64,000 nucleotides of DNA from IMG/VR virus record IMGVR_UViG_3300036826_000261, positions 8,693-72,692 of that record. One strand, given 5' to 3'. The first letter of the stretch is position 1; every line of letters starts with the position of its first letter. This DNA is from a virus. Below, piece after piece: positions 9,812-19,454 of the stretch. Position numbers and translations under genes: made by a program. Under the pieces are notes generated by a model that was not told the DNA's origin, did not search any database, and saw only the letters and a program-made list of their open reading frames with translations.

Positions 9812-10012
9812 ATGCCGAAGCCTGAAAAAGAATTGTACTACCGCGACAAGGGCAAGCGGCATGATGAGACATTGCACACGCCGATTCTCGCTGAGGGCGA
9901 CCACGCAGCCGCGCAGAAGATCAGCGACAAGGTCGCGCGTGAGATCGGTTTAACCGACGCCGAGATCGAGGCATTGCACGCGCCAGTCCCACCGAAGAAG
10001 ACAGGCAAGTAA
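9812..10012 (+). CDS. small hypothetical protein
   Basis: 66 aa, directly after 8219-9808. Confidence 0.6.
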   Translation: MPKPEKELYYRDKGKRHDETLHTPILAEGDHAAAQKISDKVAREIGLTDAEIEALHAPVPPKKTGK

Positions 10013-10056
10013 GACACCAGCATTGTGAGCCCGGGGGGTCGCGATGTGAGTGAACG

Positions 10057-10158
10057 ATGGTGTTCGGCCCGCTAGACAACGTTTCCAAACAAACCTGGAT
10101 TCTGATCGTTGTGATCGCCGTTGTGGTGGTCACGGCGATTTTGTTGGTTCAGCTATAG
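10057..10158 (+). CDS. 33 aa single-TM peptide
   Basis: MVFGPLDNVSKQTWILIVVIAVVVVTAILLVQL. Confidence 0.4.
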   Translation: MVFGPLDNVSKQTWILIVVIAVVVVTAILLVQL

Positions 10159-10167
10159 GAGAAGCTC

Positions 10168-12456
10168 ATGCCGATCAAGCCGCACAAGGGCGAGAGCCAA
10201 AGCGATTTCATGGGTCGCTGCATGCATGAGCTTGGCCAGAGCGACACCGAGCGTCCGCAGGATCAGAAGGTCGCGATCTGCATGAGCGCGTGGCGTGATG
10301 CGCATGGCGGTGAGCCGCCGAAGAAGTCGTGCGATCCGAACGACTATGACGACGATGAGCACGAAGAGTTTATGGCCGATTGTATCGATGAAGGCGGCGA
10401 CGAAGACGAATGCGCAATGCGCTGGAACGAGGAACGCGGCGCAAAGCCGCCGGTGCAGCGCGTCGAGCATAAGCCACTGTATCACAAGACCCACAGCGGC
10501 ACCGTGCAGGAAATGGAGTTCGTCATGTCTGACGAAACCGTTGATCGCATGGGTGATGTGATCTCGGCGAGCGGCTGGGAGCTGGAGAACTTCCACAAGA
10601 ATCCGGTTTGTCTGTTCAATCACAGGGCTGATTTCCCGATCGGCCGATGGAAAAATCTGCGCGCTGAGAAAGGCGCGCTGCGCGGCTATTTGCAACTGGC
10701 ACCGGAGGGCACTTCACCGCGGATCGACGAAATTCGACGGTTGGTCGAGGCCGGGATTCTGTGTTCGGTCTCGGTCGGTTTTCATCCGCTTGAAAGTGAG
10801 CCGCTCGACAAGAAAGCCGGTTCGTTCGGCGGCATGCGTTTTCTTAAGCAGGAATTGATCGAAACTTCGCTGGTCAGCGTGCCGGCGAACCCGAATGCCT
10901 TGGCGATTGCCAAATCGCTGGGGGTCAGCTCCGCAACAATCGACGTCGTCTTCGCCAAGCACGGCAACAGAGAGGACGTCAGGACGCGGGACTTCACTGC
11001 CAAGCACGGCAACACGTCTCATGATCGAAGGGGCAGGATTATGCCCGAAGTTCAACTGTCACAACGCATTATCGATCTGCAGCAGCAGATCGCGAACCTG
11101 CAAGAAGGATTGCAGGCGCATCTCGATAAGATGGACGACACCAATGTCAGCGATGCTGATATGCAGAAGACCAACGATTACAACGCAAGAATCACGCAGA
11201 TGCGTAACAACCTTGCGGGGTTGATCGAGTCCGAAAAGAATCTCGCCGCGTCGGTGGATTCTGTTGTCGATCAGCGGCGGCAACGCGCGCTGGCGACGAC
11301 ATCGATGAGCAGAGACCCGGAGATCGTCAGTCCGGCAATTCTCAGGCAGTCGAAAAAGGACTGGGAACCGATCGACTACCTCGTGCACGCAGGTGTTTGC
11401 CACGCGCTGGCGAAAATCTGCGGAACGTCGCCGCACTTCGAGATGACGCGCATCTACGGCAACGACGACGCGCACAAGACGGTGCTCGACTGGACCATGC
11501 GCGCAGCCGCAGCACCGGCCATGACGACGGTGGCCGGCTGGGCGCAGGAGCTGGTGCATCAAATCTACGCTGACATGATGGCGCTGCTGTTGCCGCAGTC
11601 GGTGTTTCCGCGGTTCTCTGCCAAGGGCATGACGCTGAGCTTCGGCAACGCCGGCAAGATTCTGCTGCCGACGCGCTCGGCAACGCCGTCGATCGCCGGC
11701 TCGTTCGTCGGTGAAGGCATGGCGATCCCGGTGCGGCAAGGTGCGTTCACCAGCCAGACCTTCACGCCGAAAAAGATGGGCGTGATCACGACTTGGACTC
11801 GCGAGATGGGCGACCACAGCATTCCCGCGATCGAGGGCGTGCTGCGTGAAGCCATCCAGCAGGACACTGCGATCTCGCTGGATTCGGTTCTACTCGACGC
11901 CAATGCGGCGACCACGATCCGTCCGGCTGGTCTCCTGAACGGTGTCGGTGCGACGACGGCGACGGCCGGCGGCGGTGTTGCGGCGGTGGTCGGCGATATC
12001 AAGGCTCTGCTTGGTTCGCTGGTCACGGCGACTAAGGGCAATGTTCGTTCCCCGGTATGGCTGATGAACCCGGTGGACATGCTGTCGGCCTCGTTGGTGT
12101 TTGCCGCCAACACTGGCACGTTCCCGTTCCGCGACGAGATCGGTCGCGGCACGCTGAACAATATCCCGATCATCGACTCGGCCACGGTGACGGCCAAGAC
12201 GGTGATCCTGACCGACGCGGCGGATTTTGTCGTCATGCAAGGCGACAACGTGCGCTTCGACATCTCGGATCAGGCGACGTTGCACATGGAAGACACCAAT
12301 CCGCTCGATCTGGTGTCCGGATCGCCCGGTGTCGTGGCGTCGCCGCAGCGCTCGCTGTTCCAGACCGACAGCCTCGCGCTGCGCATGGTCTTCCCGGTGA
12401 ACTGGGCGTTCCGCCGCAGCGGCATGGTCAGTTGGACCCAGAATGTGACATGGTAG
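10168..12456 (+). CDS. HK97-type prohead protease-major capsid protein fusion
   Basis: Protease motifs DRMGDVI, LFNH..PIG, SVSVGF, ETSLVSVPANPNA; coiled-coil delta domain; capsid motifs FVGEG.AIP and LFQTDSLALR; AGGAG RBS. Confidence 0.93.
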   Translation: MPIKPHKGESQSDFMGRCMHELGQSDTERPQDQKVAICMSAWRDAHGGEPPKKSCDPNDYDDDEHEEFMADCIDEGGDEDECAMRWNEERGAKPPVQRVEHKPLYHKTHSGTVQEMEFVMSDETVDRMGDVISASGWELENFHKNPVCLFNHRADFPIGRWKNLRAEKGALRGYLQLAPEGTSPRIDEIRRLVEAGILCSVSVGFHPLESEPLDKKAGSFGGMRFLKQELIETSLVSVPANPNALAIAKSLGVSSATIDVVFAKHGNREDVRTRDFTAKHGNTSHDRRGRIMPEVQLSQRIIDLQQQIANLQEGLQAHLDKMDDTNVSDADMQKTNDYNARITQMRNNLAGLIESEKNLAASVDSVVDQRRQRALATTSMSRDPEIVSPAILRQSKKDWEPIDYLVHAGVCHALAKICGTSPHFEMTRIYGNDDAHKTVLDWTMRAAAAPAMTTVAGWAQELVHQIYADMMALLLPQSVFPRFSAKGMTLSFGNAGKILLPTRSATPSIAGSFVGEGMAIPVRQGAFTSQTFTPKKMGVITTWTREMGDHSIPAIEGVLREAIQQDTAISLDSVLLDANAATTIRPAGLLNGVGATTATAGGGVAAVVGDIKALLGSLVTATKGNVRSPVWLMNPVDMLSASLVFAANTGTFPFRDEIGRGTLNNIPIIDSATVTAKTVILTDAADFVVMQGDNVRFDISDQATLHMEDTNPLDLVSGSPGVVASPQRSLFQTDSLALRMVFPVNWAFRRSGMVSWTQNVTW

Positions 12457-12484
12457 ACTTTACTTTACTGGTATCATACTGATA

Positions 12485-12520
12485 GGGTGCCCTCTGTCAA
12501 CTTAAAAACAGAGGGTATCC
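12485..12520 (+). promoter_or_regulatory. RBS-sequestering hairpin before HNH-AP2 gene
   Basis: GGGTGCCCTCTGT / ACAGAGGGTATCC stem covers GAGGG just upstream of ATG 12522. Confidence 0.6.
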
Positions 12521-12521
12521 A

Positions 12522-13202
12522 ATGCGCCAATTGACAATCGAGAAAGGCGACAAATTCGGAAAACTTACGGTGATCCGAGAGGTTGCTAAGATTGGTCATT
12601 ACCGGGCTTTCAAGCTCAAATGTGAATGCGGAAACACCACGACGGTTAAGCTCAACGCGTTGCGCAAGAAAAAACGTCCAACACTTTCGTGTGGATGTTT
12701 GCATATCGCATCCTTGGGTAATCGTCGCACACATGGGATGTCAAAGACACTGACTTATACGACATGGCTAGCGATGAAGAATCGTTGCGAAAATCTGAGC
12801 CACAAAGCCTATGTGAACTATGGTGGACGCGGCATTCGTGTTTGCAAGCGGTGGCAAAAGTTCGAGAATTTCCTCGAAGATATGGGGGAGCGACCGAACG
12901 ATCAGTCTGAGATCAGTCGCATAAACAACGATGGCAATTATCAACTTGATAATTGCGAATGGACCGATGACGGGACGGCGCAGATTCGCAACCGTCGAAA
13001 ACAAAAAGATACGAGCAGTCGATTTCGTGGTGTTGATTATTGGGTGTCCAATAACAGTGTCACCGAAGGCTGGCGTGCTCGTATCACGATTGACGGCAAG
13101 CTACATCACATCGGTCTGTTCGACCGGGAAAAGAAAGCAGCGCGTGCCTACGATGAAGTCGCGCGTTTGCATAAGGGATACATTCTCAACTTCCCGAAAT
13201 GA
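12522..13202 (+). CDS. HNH homing endonuclease with C-terminal AP2 domain
   Basis: KCECGN..SCGC, YGGRGIRVC, RINNDGNY...NCEW, SSRFRGV..WRARI..HIGLF..AARAYD; lower GC than flanks. Confidence 0.9.
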   Translation: MRQLTIEKGDKFGKLTVIREVAKIGHYRAFKLKCECGNTTTVKLNALRKKKRPTLSCGCLHIASLGNRRTHGMSKTLTYTTWLAMKNRCENLSHKAYVNYGGRGIRVCKRWQKFENFLEDMGERPNDQSEISRINNDGNYQLDNCEWTDDGTAQIRNRRKQKDTSSRFRGVDYWVSNNSVTEGWRARITIDGKLHHIGLFDREKKAARAYDEVARLHKGYILNFPK

Positions 13203-13294
13203 AAATTATGAACGTCGGCACTTATGCATAGGTGCCGGCGTTGAGATGTCGCGTTCCTCGTGGTGACGGAGTCCTTGACCGACACGGGGCGTCT

Positions 13295-13332
13295 GGGCGG
13301 AAGTGACAGCAAATGGGCTTCCGCCCCTTTTT
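13295..13332 (+). terminator. intrinsic terminator
   Basis: GGGCGGAAG/CTTCCGCCC stem followed by a T-tract. Confidence 0.6.
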
Positions 13333-13352
13333 CCCGAACAACGGAGATCATC

Positions 13353-13661
13353 ATGGCTGAACAGCATTTGAGTGAAAACGCACGGCGCGAGCTGGAGGCG
13401 AACCGCGAGGCGCGTGCCGAATCCTATCGGCAGTTCGCCGAACGCACCAAGGGCAAACCGACGCCGACGCAGGACGAGAACGATCGCGCCATGCTCGGCG
13501 AATCTTTTATCGGTGTCGAGCACGAGCATGACGGCTCCGATCCTGATCCGAACGAGGAACAGCGTCGGCAGTTCGAAGCGCAACGCGGCGGCAGCTATCA
13601 GACGCGGCAAACGCAGGCGCGTCCGGCGCATCAGCCGTCAAAGCCGGCATCATCGAGCTAA
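13353..13661 (+). CDS. hypothetical head-region protein
   Basis: GGAG RBS; KPTPTQDEND motif; lies between capsid and portal. Confidence 0.65.
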   Translation: MAEQHLSENARRELEANREARAESYRQFAERTKGKPTPTQDENDRAMLGESFIGVEHEHDGSDPDPNEEQRRQFEAQRGGSYQTRQTQARPAHQPSKPASSS

Positions 13662-13725
13662 CAACAACCAAACGGCCCCGGTCTTTGCCGGGACCGTTGT
13701 CTCCAGCGCAAAGGTCCGGCATGTC

Positions 13726-15189
13726 ATGGGCGCTCGCGAGTTGCTCGCGCGTGGATTGCGCACGCTTACCAAGGCGGTCGAAGGCGCGCCGCGACCAGGG
13801 CCGTACAGTCTACCCGTTACGGGCGGCTGGCTGCCGGACGGCAGTCCGACCAACTGGTGGCAGCTCGGGCAGGACCCGAATCCGTATGGCACGCGATCGG
13901 CGATGGTGGAAGCGTGCATATCGGCCTACTCGCAGACCATCGCGATGTGCCCCGGCGATCACTGGCGCAAGAAACCCAAGGGCGGACGCGAGCGTGTCGC
14001 CAATTCGGCGCTGTCGCGCATCCTGAAGAAGCCTAACGCTTACCAGACGCCGTCCGATTTCATGCTCAATGCGGTGCGGCAGGTCTATCTCGACGGCAAT
14101 GCGTACGCGCTGGCGCTGCGCAATGACCGTTTCGAAGTTTCAGAATTGCATTTGATGGACACACGGCTGTGCAAGCCGGTCGTCGCGACTACCGGTGATG
14201 TGTTCTACCGGTTAGCCGGTAACGCCGTGATCGAGAAAATGATGCTCGACGAATACCCGCTCTTGGTGCCGCAGCGGGACGTTCTGCACATCCGCTTGCA
14301 CGCCGACCGGCGATACCCGTTTCCGCTGTGGGGCCAGACGCCGTTGCTGTCGGCCGCAGCGGACATGGCGACAACGGATGCGGTGATGTCGCAACAGATT
14401 CAGTTTTATCTGAATCAGGCGCGGCCATCGGCGGTGCTGACCACTGATCTCGATCTCGACGCCGATCAGGTAGTGGCGTTGCAGGATCGCTGGGATGAGC
14501 GGTCGCGTGCGATGGCGCAGGGCAAGACGCCGGTGTTGACTCACGGCCTGAAGGTGATGCCATGGGCGTCGGTCGGTCGCGATGCGCAGCTCGCCGAACT
14601 GTTGAAATTCTCGAAAGAGAATATCGCGCTGGTGTTTCGCGTACCTTTGGCGGTGCTCGGGCTCGGCGGCGCGACCTTCGGATCGACCGAAGCGCTGATG
14701 CAGTTCTGGATTTCGACCGGTCTGGGATTTGCGCTCAACCATGTCGAGCAGGCGTTCGATCGGCTGTTTCAGCTCAAGGGCCAGCCGGATGAGTACACCG
14801 AGCTATCAACCAAGGCGTTGCTGCGCTCGGCGGCCAAGGATCGCATCGAGGCGTTGAAGGAAGGCGTCATGGGCGGCATCTACTCGCCCAACGAAGCGCG
14901 CAACGAAGAGGATTTGGATAGTGTGCCGTTCGGCGACGAGCCGCGCGTGCAGCAACAAGTGGTGCCGTTGAGCGCGGCTTCAGCCATTCAACCGGGCGCA
15001 GGCGGCGCGACGGGGCCGCATCCGCCGCCCGCGCCGCCGGCCGGCGGCCAGCCGCCTGCGGGAGGCGTGCCGATCGTTTCGTCTCAACCATCTTCGAAAG
15101 CCGACAGTTATGACGATGCAGCCTCAATCGAACGGGAAAGCCGACGAATTTTTGCTGCCGCCGCCAGAGTCTACCGACATCCTACTTGA
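13726..15189 (+). CDS. portal protein (HK97 family)
   Basis: VEACISAYSQTIA, PNAYQT..F, LDGNAYA, VLHIR, IALVFRVP, GIYSPNEAR..EDL. Confidence 0.92.
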   Translation: MGARELLARGLRTLTKAVEGAPRPGPYSLPVTGGWLPDGSPTNWWQLGQDPNPYGTRSAMVEACISAYSQTIAMCPGDHWRKKPKGGRERVANSALSRILKKPNAYQTPSDFMLNAVRQVYLDGNAYALALRNDRFEVSELHLMDTRLCKPVVATTGDVFYRLAGNAVIEKMMLDEYPLLVPQRDVLHIRLHADRRYPFPLWGQTPLLSAAADMATTDAVMSQQIQFYLNQARPSAVLTTDLDLDADQVVALQDRWDERSRAMAQGKTPVLTHGLKVMPWASVGRDAQLAELLKFSKENIALVFRVPLAVLGLGGATFGSTEALMQFWISTGLGFALNHVEQAFDRLFQLKGQPDEYTELSTKALLRSAAKDRIEALKEGVMGGIYSPNEARNEEDLDSVPFGDEPRVQQQVVPLSAASAIQPGAGGATGPHPPPAPPAGGQPPAGGVPIVSSQPSSKADSYDDAASIERESRRIFAAAARVYRHPT

Positions 15190-16936
15190 TGCGTGGCGCA
15201 AGATTCTCGGCGAAACGCTGGCGGAAGAGCGCGCCAATTGGCAGCGCAGTCGCGAATTGTCGGAAGCGCGATCCGCGCAGATCATCGCCGAGCTGAAGAC
15301 GCAATCGATGCAGCTCGTCACCGAGCTGGCGACGCGCACGTTCGAGTTGGAGCGCAAGCTTGAAGCATTGGTGCATCAGAAGTTGTCCGATGCCGAAGTC
15401 ATGATAAAAGATCGCTTGTCCAACTTGCGCGATGGTGCGCCCGGCGAGAAGGGTGAGCGCGGCGAGCGCGGCGAGAAAGGTGATCCGGGTGGCATCGGGT
15501 TAACAGGGCCGCAAGGCTATGCCGGTGAACGCGGCGAAAAGGGTGAACGCGGTGCTGTAGGTGCGCCCGGGCCGCAAGGATCGCAGGGCGAGCGCGGCGA
15601 GAAGGGCGAGCGCGGTGACGTTGGTACTGTCGGGGAGACGGGCGAAAAAGGTGATCGGGGCGAGCGGGGCGAACCAGGAGAAAGAGGCGAACATGGCGAA
15701 AAAGGCGAGCAAGGCGAAAAAGGCGAGCAAGGCGAAAAGGGCGAGCGCGGCGAACAAGGACCGCGCGGTGAAGCGGGTACGCCCGGGCGGCAAGGCGAAA
15801 AAGGCGAAAAAGGCGAAGCGGGCGAGGACGGCAGCGACGGACTGACCATCATCGGACCCGAAGGCCCGTGCGGGCCTTCCGGTCCGCGTGGTGAGCGCGG
15901 CGAGACCGGGCGGGAAGGTCTGCGCGGTCAGCCGGGCGCAATGGGTCCGGTCGGCGGGCAAGGCCCGCGCGGCGAACCGGGCGAGCCCGGTGCACCGGGT
16001 GCGGATGGCCCGGCAGGTCCGGCAGGCTCGGTCGGTCCAAGCGGACCACCGGGCGAGTCCGGCGCACCGGGCGATATCGGCCCGATGGGTCTGCGCGGAC
16101 CTATGGGCGAGCGCGGTGAGCGCGGTGAGCGCGGCGCCAAGGGCGATCCCGGCGATATCGTGATCGGTCCGCAAGGGCCTGCAGGCGAACGTGGTGAGCG
16201 CGGCGCACCGGGCGCGCATGGTCCGACAGGTCCGGTCGGTCCACGCGGTGAACAGGGCAAGCCGGGGCGTGACGGAGTTGACGGAGTACGCGGCGCACCG
16301 GGCGCGCATGGTCCGACAGGTCCGGCTGGTCCGCGCGGCGAGCCGGGTCTACCTGGGCGTGACGGAGCTGACGGAGCGCGCGGCGCCGATGGCGCACGTG
16401 GCGCCGACGGCGCGCCGGGGCGTTTGCCGCCGGTCAAGCAGTGGCAAGCCGACGTCGTGTATTATGCCGGCGACGTGGTGAGCCACGAGCGCGGATCGTA
16501 TCAGGCGCTGAAAGACACCAGCCGGCAGCCGGGCCGTAATCACGATTGGATTTGCATCGCCAGCGGCGGCGTCGATGCACGGTCGCCGCATGTGCGCGGC
16601 ACCTATGATCCAACGGCCAGCTATCAGGCGCTCGACATCGTTGTCAGCAACGGCGGCAGTTTCATCGCCAGGAAAGACGATCCGGGCGAGCTGCCGGGCG
16701 ACGGCTGGCAATTGATGGCGCGGCAAGGCCAGCGCGGCGTTGCCGGCGAGAAGGGCGAACGCGGCGAGCCCGGCGCACCGGGAGCGAAAGGCGAGCCCGG
16801 CGAGGTGGTGTTCAAGGGCTGGACCCATGACTGGAAAAACTTCGTTGCCGTGCCGCTGATGGCCGATGGCAAGCGTGGTCCGACCTTGGAGCTGCGCGGT
16901 TACTTCGAGCAATTCCAGAAAGACACCGATGGCTGA
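15110..16936 (+). CDS. collagen-like (Gly-X-Y) fibre protein with N-terminal coiled coil and C-terminal CBM-like repeats
   Basis: About 100 Gly-X-Y triplets (about 15434-16420); W...VVYYAGDVVSH and Y.ALDIVV.NGGSFIA. Confidence 0.85.
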   Translation: MTMQPQSNGKADEFLLPPPESTDILLDAWRKILGETLAEERANWQRSRELSEARSAQIIAELKTQSMQLVTELATRTFELERKLEALVHQKLSDAEVMIKDRLSNLRDGAPGEKGERGERGEKGDPGGIGLTGPQGYAGERGEKGERGAVGAPGPQGSQGERGEKGERGDVGTVGETGEKGDRGERGEPGERGEHGEKGEQGEKGEQGEKGERGEQGPRGEAGTPGRQGEKGEKGEAGEDGSDGLTIIGPEGPCGPSGPRGERGETGREGLRGQPGAMGPVGGQGPRGEPGEPGAPGADGPAGPAGSVGPSGPPGESGAPGDIGPMGLRGPMGERGERGERGAKGDPGDIVIGPQGPAGERGERGAPGAHGPTGPVGPRGEQGKPGRDGVDGVRGAPGAHGPTGPAGPRGEPGLPGRDGADGARGADGARGADGAPGRLPPVKQWQADVVYYAGDVVSHERGSYQALKDTSRQPGRNHDWICIASGGVDARSPHVRGTYDPTASYQALDIVVSNGGSFIARKDDPGELPGDGWQLMARQGQRGVAGEKGERGEPGAPGAKGEPGEVVFKGWTHDWKNFVAVPLMADGKRGPTLELRGYFEQFQKDTDG

Positions 16937-17588
16937 ATACACGGTCAAGGTTCTGGTGCCGGCCACCGGCACTGATCTGTTGACGCTTGACGAAGCCAAG
17001 ATGTGGCTGGGCATCACTGCGGGCGACACCTCGCAAGATGCGCTGATCGCAAGCTTGATCGACGTGTTTTCCGAAGAGATCGCCGAGCGACTCAACCGGC
17101 ATCCGACGGTGACGATCGGCTATGAGGAAGTGCAAGAGACATGGCGCGATACGCAGAACGGCCGGATTCATCTGTCGCATTATCCGGTCAAGCAAGCCGA
17201 TCTCATCAGCGTGTCGGACGCCGGTGTGATGCTGACGCCAGATCAGTACGAGCTTGCCGAGAACTCCGGCAAGCTGTCCAATATCAGTGTCGGCGGCGCC
17301 GAGCCGGTGAGTTGGACGCATCCGGTCGTGGTGCACTACAAGGGCGGCTACGCGTTGCCGGACGACTGCCCATTTCCACTGAAACGCGCGGTGGTGCTGT
17401 TGATCCGTGAGGAACGGATTCGCATGGTGCAGATGCAGACCGCCGGCATTCGTCAGATTTCGCACAAGGAAAGCCGGGTGGCGTTCTTCGATCCGAACGC
17501 GCTGTTGATTCACTCGGCCAGCGCCAAGTCGCCGACGCTGCAGGCGCTCGACAGCATTCTGTATCACTACATGCGGTTCCCGGTCTGA
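16929..17588 (+). CDS. head-tail connector (gp6-like)
   Basis: LLTLDEAKMWLGI..D.LI..LI, V.YKGGY..P..P.PLKRAV; position. Confidence 0.75.
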   Translation: MAEYTVKVLVPATGTDLLTLDEAKMWLGITAGDTSQDALIASLIDVFSEEIAERLNRHPTVTIGYEEVQETWRDTQNGRIHLSHYPVKQADLISVSDAGVMLTPDQYELAENSGKLSNISVGGAEPVSWTHPVVVHYKGGYALPDDCPFPLKRAVVLLIREERIRMVQMQTAGIRQISHKESRVAFFDPNALLIHSASAKSPTLQALDSILYHYMRFPV

Positions 17589-17956
17589 TGTTCAACATCG
17601 AAGCGCGCACCGAGAAGATCATCGAACGGTTCGATGCGATGACCGAGAAGCTCGACACGTTCGGGGCTACCGACATGCCGAACGAGCTGACCGCTTGGCA
17701 GGTCGAGGACATGCACCGGAGATATCCGGAAACCAAGGTAGAAGAGGATCAGGCGAGCACGGAGATTTTCCCGCGTTCGCGCACTTATGCGCAGACGCAT
17801 CCGCATCGGGTGGCGAAGCCACGGCGACAGATCGCCGCGATGCCGGTGCTGCGTCGTCAAACGAAATTGCAGCATCCGGTGCTGCGTCAGGCGCTGCTCG
17901 ACATGCTGCATACGCGCATGGCCACGCTGCTCAACGGAAAGATCACATGGCGATAA
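17588..17956 (+). CDS. hypothetical neck-region protein
   Basis: Translationally coupled ORF in head-tail cluster. Confidence 0.55.
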   Translation: MFNIEARTEKIIERFDAMTEKLDTFGATDMPNELTAWQVEDMHRRYPETKVEEDQASTEIFPRSRTYAQTHPHRVAKPRRQIAAMPVLRRQTKLQHPVLRQALLDMLHTRMATLLNGKITWR

Positions 17957-18333
17957 ATTTCTCGGTGACGAACTATCTGCCGGCGCAGAACATCTTCGGG
18001 CGCAGCATCACGGTCTACCCGATCAAGTCACAGCCGGGCGAGCCGGCTTATGTCGCTCGCGGCATTCTGGAAACGCGCGGCACCGCGATCCAGACCGATG
18101 CCGGCATGGTGGTGATGTCGGATCAGGAAACCATTCTGGATATCCGTGAAGCCGAGTTCGGCGTGATGCCGGTGCAAGGCGACTTGATCGAGATTCCGGC
18201 CGAGAACAGCATTCCGGCGGCGGGCACCTTCGAGATCACCGATGCGGCGTGGAATGGTGGCGGTGAAGTGACGTTGACGATCCGGCGCTACGAGCCGCCA
18301 TCGAACACCTTCGTGATTCCCACAGCGAGCTGA
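17947..18333 (+). CDS. head-tail joining protein (FII-like)
   Basis: FG..ITVYP..ARGI..LDIR..EF...PVQGDLIEI pattern; position. Confidence 0.65.
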   Translation: MAINFSVTNYLPAQNIFGRSITVYPIKSQPGEPAYVARGILETRGTAIQTDAGMVVMSDQETILDIREAEFGVMPVQGDLIEIPAENSIPAAGTFEITDAAWNGGGEVTLTIRRYEPPSNTFVIPTAS

Positions 18334-19046
18334 TGCGGCTTCCTCCGGAAAACATCGACACCGGCAACACCGGCACGATCCTGGACACCCAAAGCTATGC
18401 CTGGGTGCTGCTCGATTGGGTGTTCAATCGGCTGTCGAATGATCCGTTTTTTGTCAACTTCACGGTGGCGCGGATTTCGTCGGCGCTGCCGGTCGAGGTG
18501 TGGAATCAGGTGCCGTTTCTCGGGGTGTTTCTCACCGACGAACCACTGACGCCGGACAGCGCGATCAACCAGACAACGGTTCGGTTCGCGCACAGTGTGC
18601 AGATTGGTTTTCAGATCATCCTGCGCAACAACGACAGCGACAAGCTTCTGAAAGACCTTGATGCGGTGTCGTGGTTCATTCTGCGCACGCTGTTGCGCGA
18701 CAGCGACTTGACCAACATGTTCGACAACGCGTCCGGGGCGGCGTTCGAGGGCTTTACGAGTGGCCGGGTGTCGAAGCCGCGTTATGGTCTTTCCGGCAGC
18801 AAGAACGAAACGCCGGTCGCGGAACGCGTGGTCAGTCTGACCTTCCGGTTCGTGACGATCTGGGCGCCGTACGGTTTCGACGATCTCGATCAGATTGTAG
18901 TGACGACGGCGTTTCCGATCGGCGGCACTGCGCAGGAGCAGGCGGCGGTCGAGCAGGTCACGCTGGTTTACGATTTCACCGAACAGACAGTCACACGCAA
19001 GGCTTTTGGGCGCGCGACCAGCATCGGCCGGGCGCAAGGCGTCTAA
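18333..19046 (+). CDS. putative tail terminator/completion protein
   Basis: Position before sheath; coupled start. Confidence 0.55.
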   Translation: MRLPPENIDTGNTGTILDTQSYAWVLLDWVFNRLSNDPFFVNFTVARISSALPVEVWNQVPFLGVFLTDEPLTPDSAINQTTVRFAHSVQIGFQIILRNNDSDKLLKDLDAVSWFILRTLLRDSDLTNMFDNASGAAFEGFTSGRVSKPRYGLSGSKNETPVAERVVSLTFRFVTIWAPYGFDDLDQIVVTTAFPIGGTAQEQAAVEQVTLVYDFTEQTVTRKAFGRATSIGRAQGV

Positions 19047-19058
19047 CAACATCAGGAG

Positions 19059-19427
19059 GTGGTCATGGTGGACGAACAGATGAATGCTGGATTGGCAGAG
19101 CGCGAGCAGCGCAAGGCTGAGCGTGTGAAGCGGGTGCGTGAAACGGCCGGCTTGCCGCCGGTGCGCGTGCTGCCGGCCAATGATCTGATGCGCAAGCATC
19201 TGCGGCATCCGTCCAACAAAATCGGTTTTCGCGCCGAGGGCAGTGCCGAGTGGCCCAATGACAGCTTCACGCAGATGCGTTTGCGCGACGGCGATATCAC
19301 GTTGGAGGAAAAGCCGGCCGGACAGGAAGCTGGCACGCAGCCGCAACCGCAGCCTGAAGCATCGCAAGGGCACGCCGAGACGCACAGCAGTCAAGGATCA
19401 GCACAGGGCGGTGAGCCCACCACCTGA
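19059..19427 (+). CDS. small Mu gp38/DUF2635-like protein
   Basis: HP..IGF.AEG...WPNDSFT..RLRDGDIT immediately before a Mu-type sheath. Confidence 0.55.
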   Translation: MVMVDEQMNAGLAEREQRKAERVKRVRETAGLPPVRVLPANDLMRKHLRHPSNKIGFRAEGSAEWPNDSFTQMRLRDGDITLEEKPAGQEAGTQPQPQPEASQGHAETHSSQGSAQGGEPTT

Positions 19428-19454
19428 CAACTCTAACTTCTTTGGAGGGCTAAC

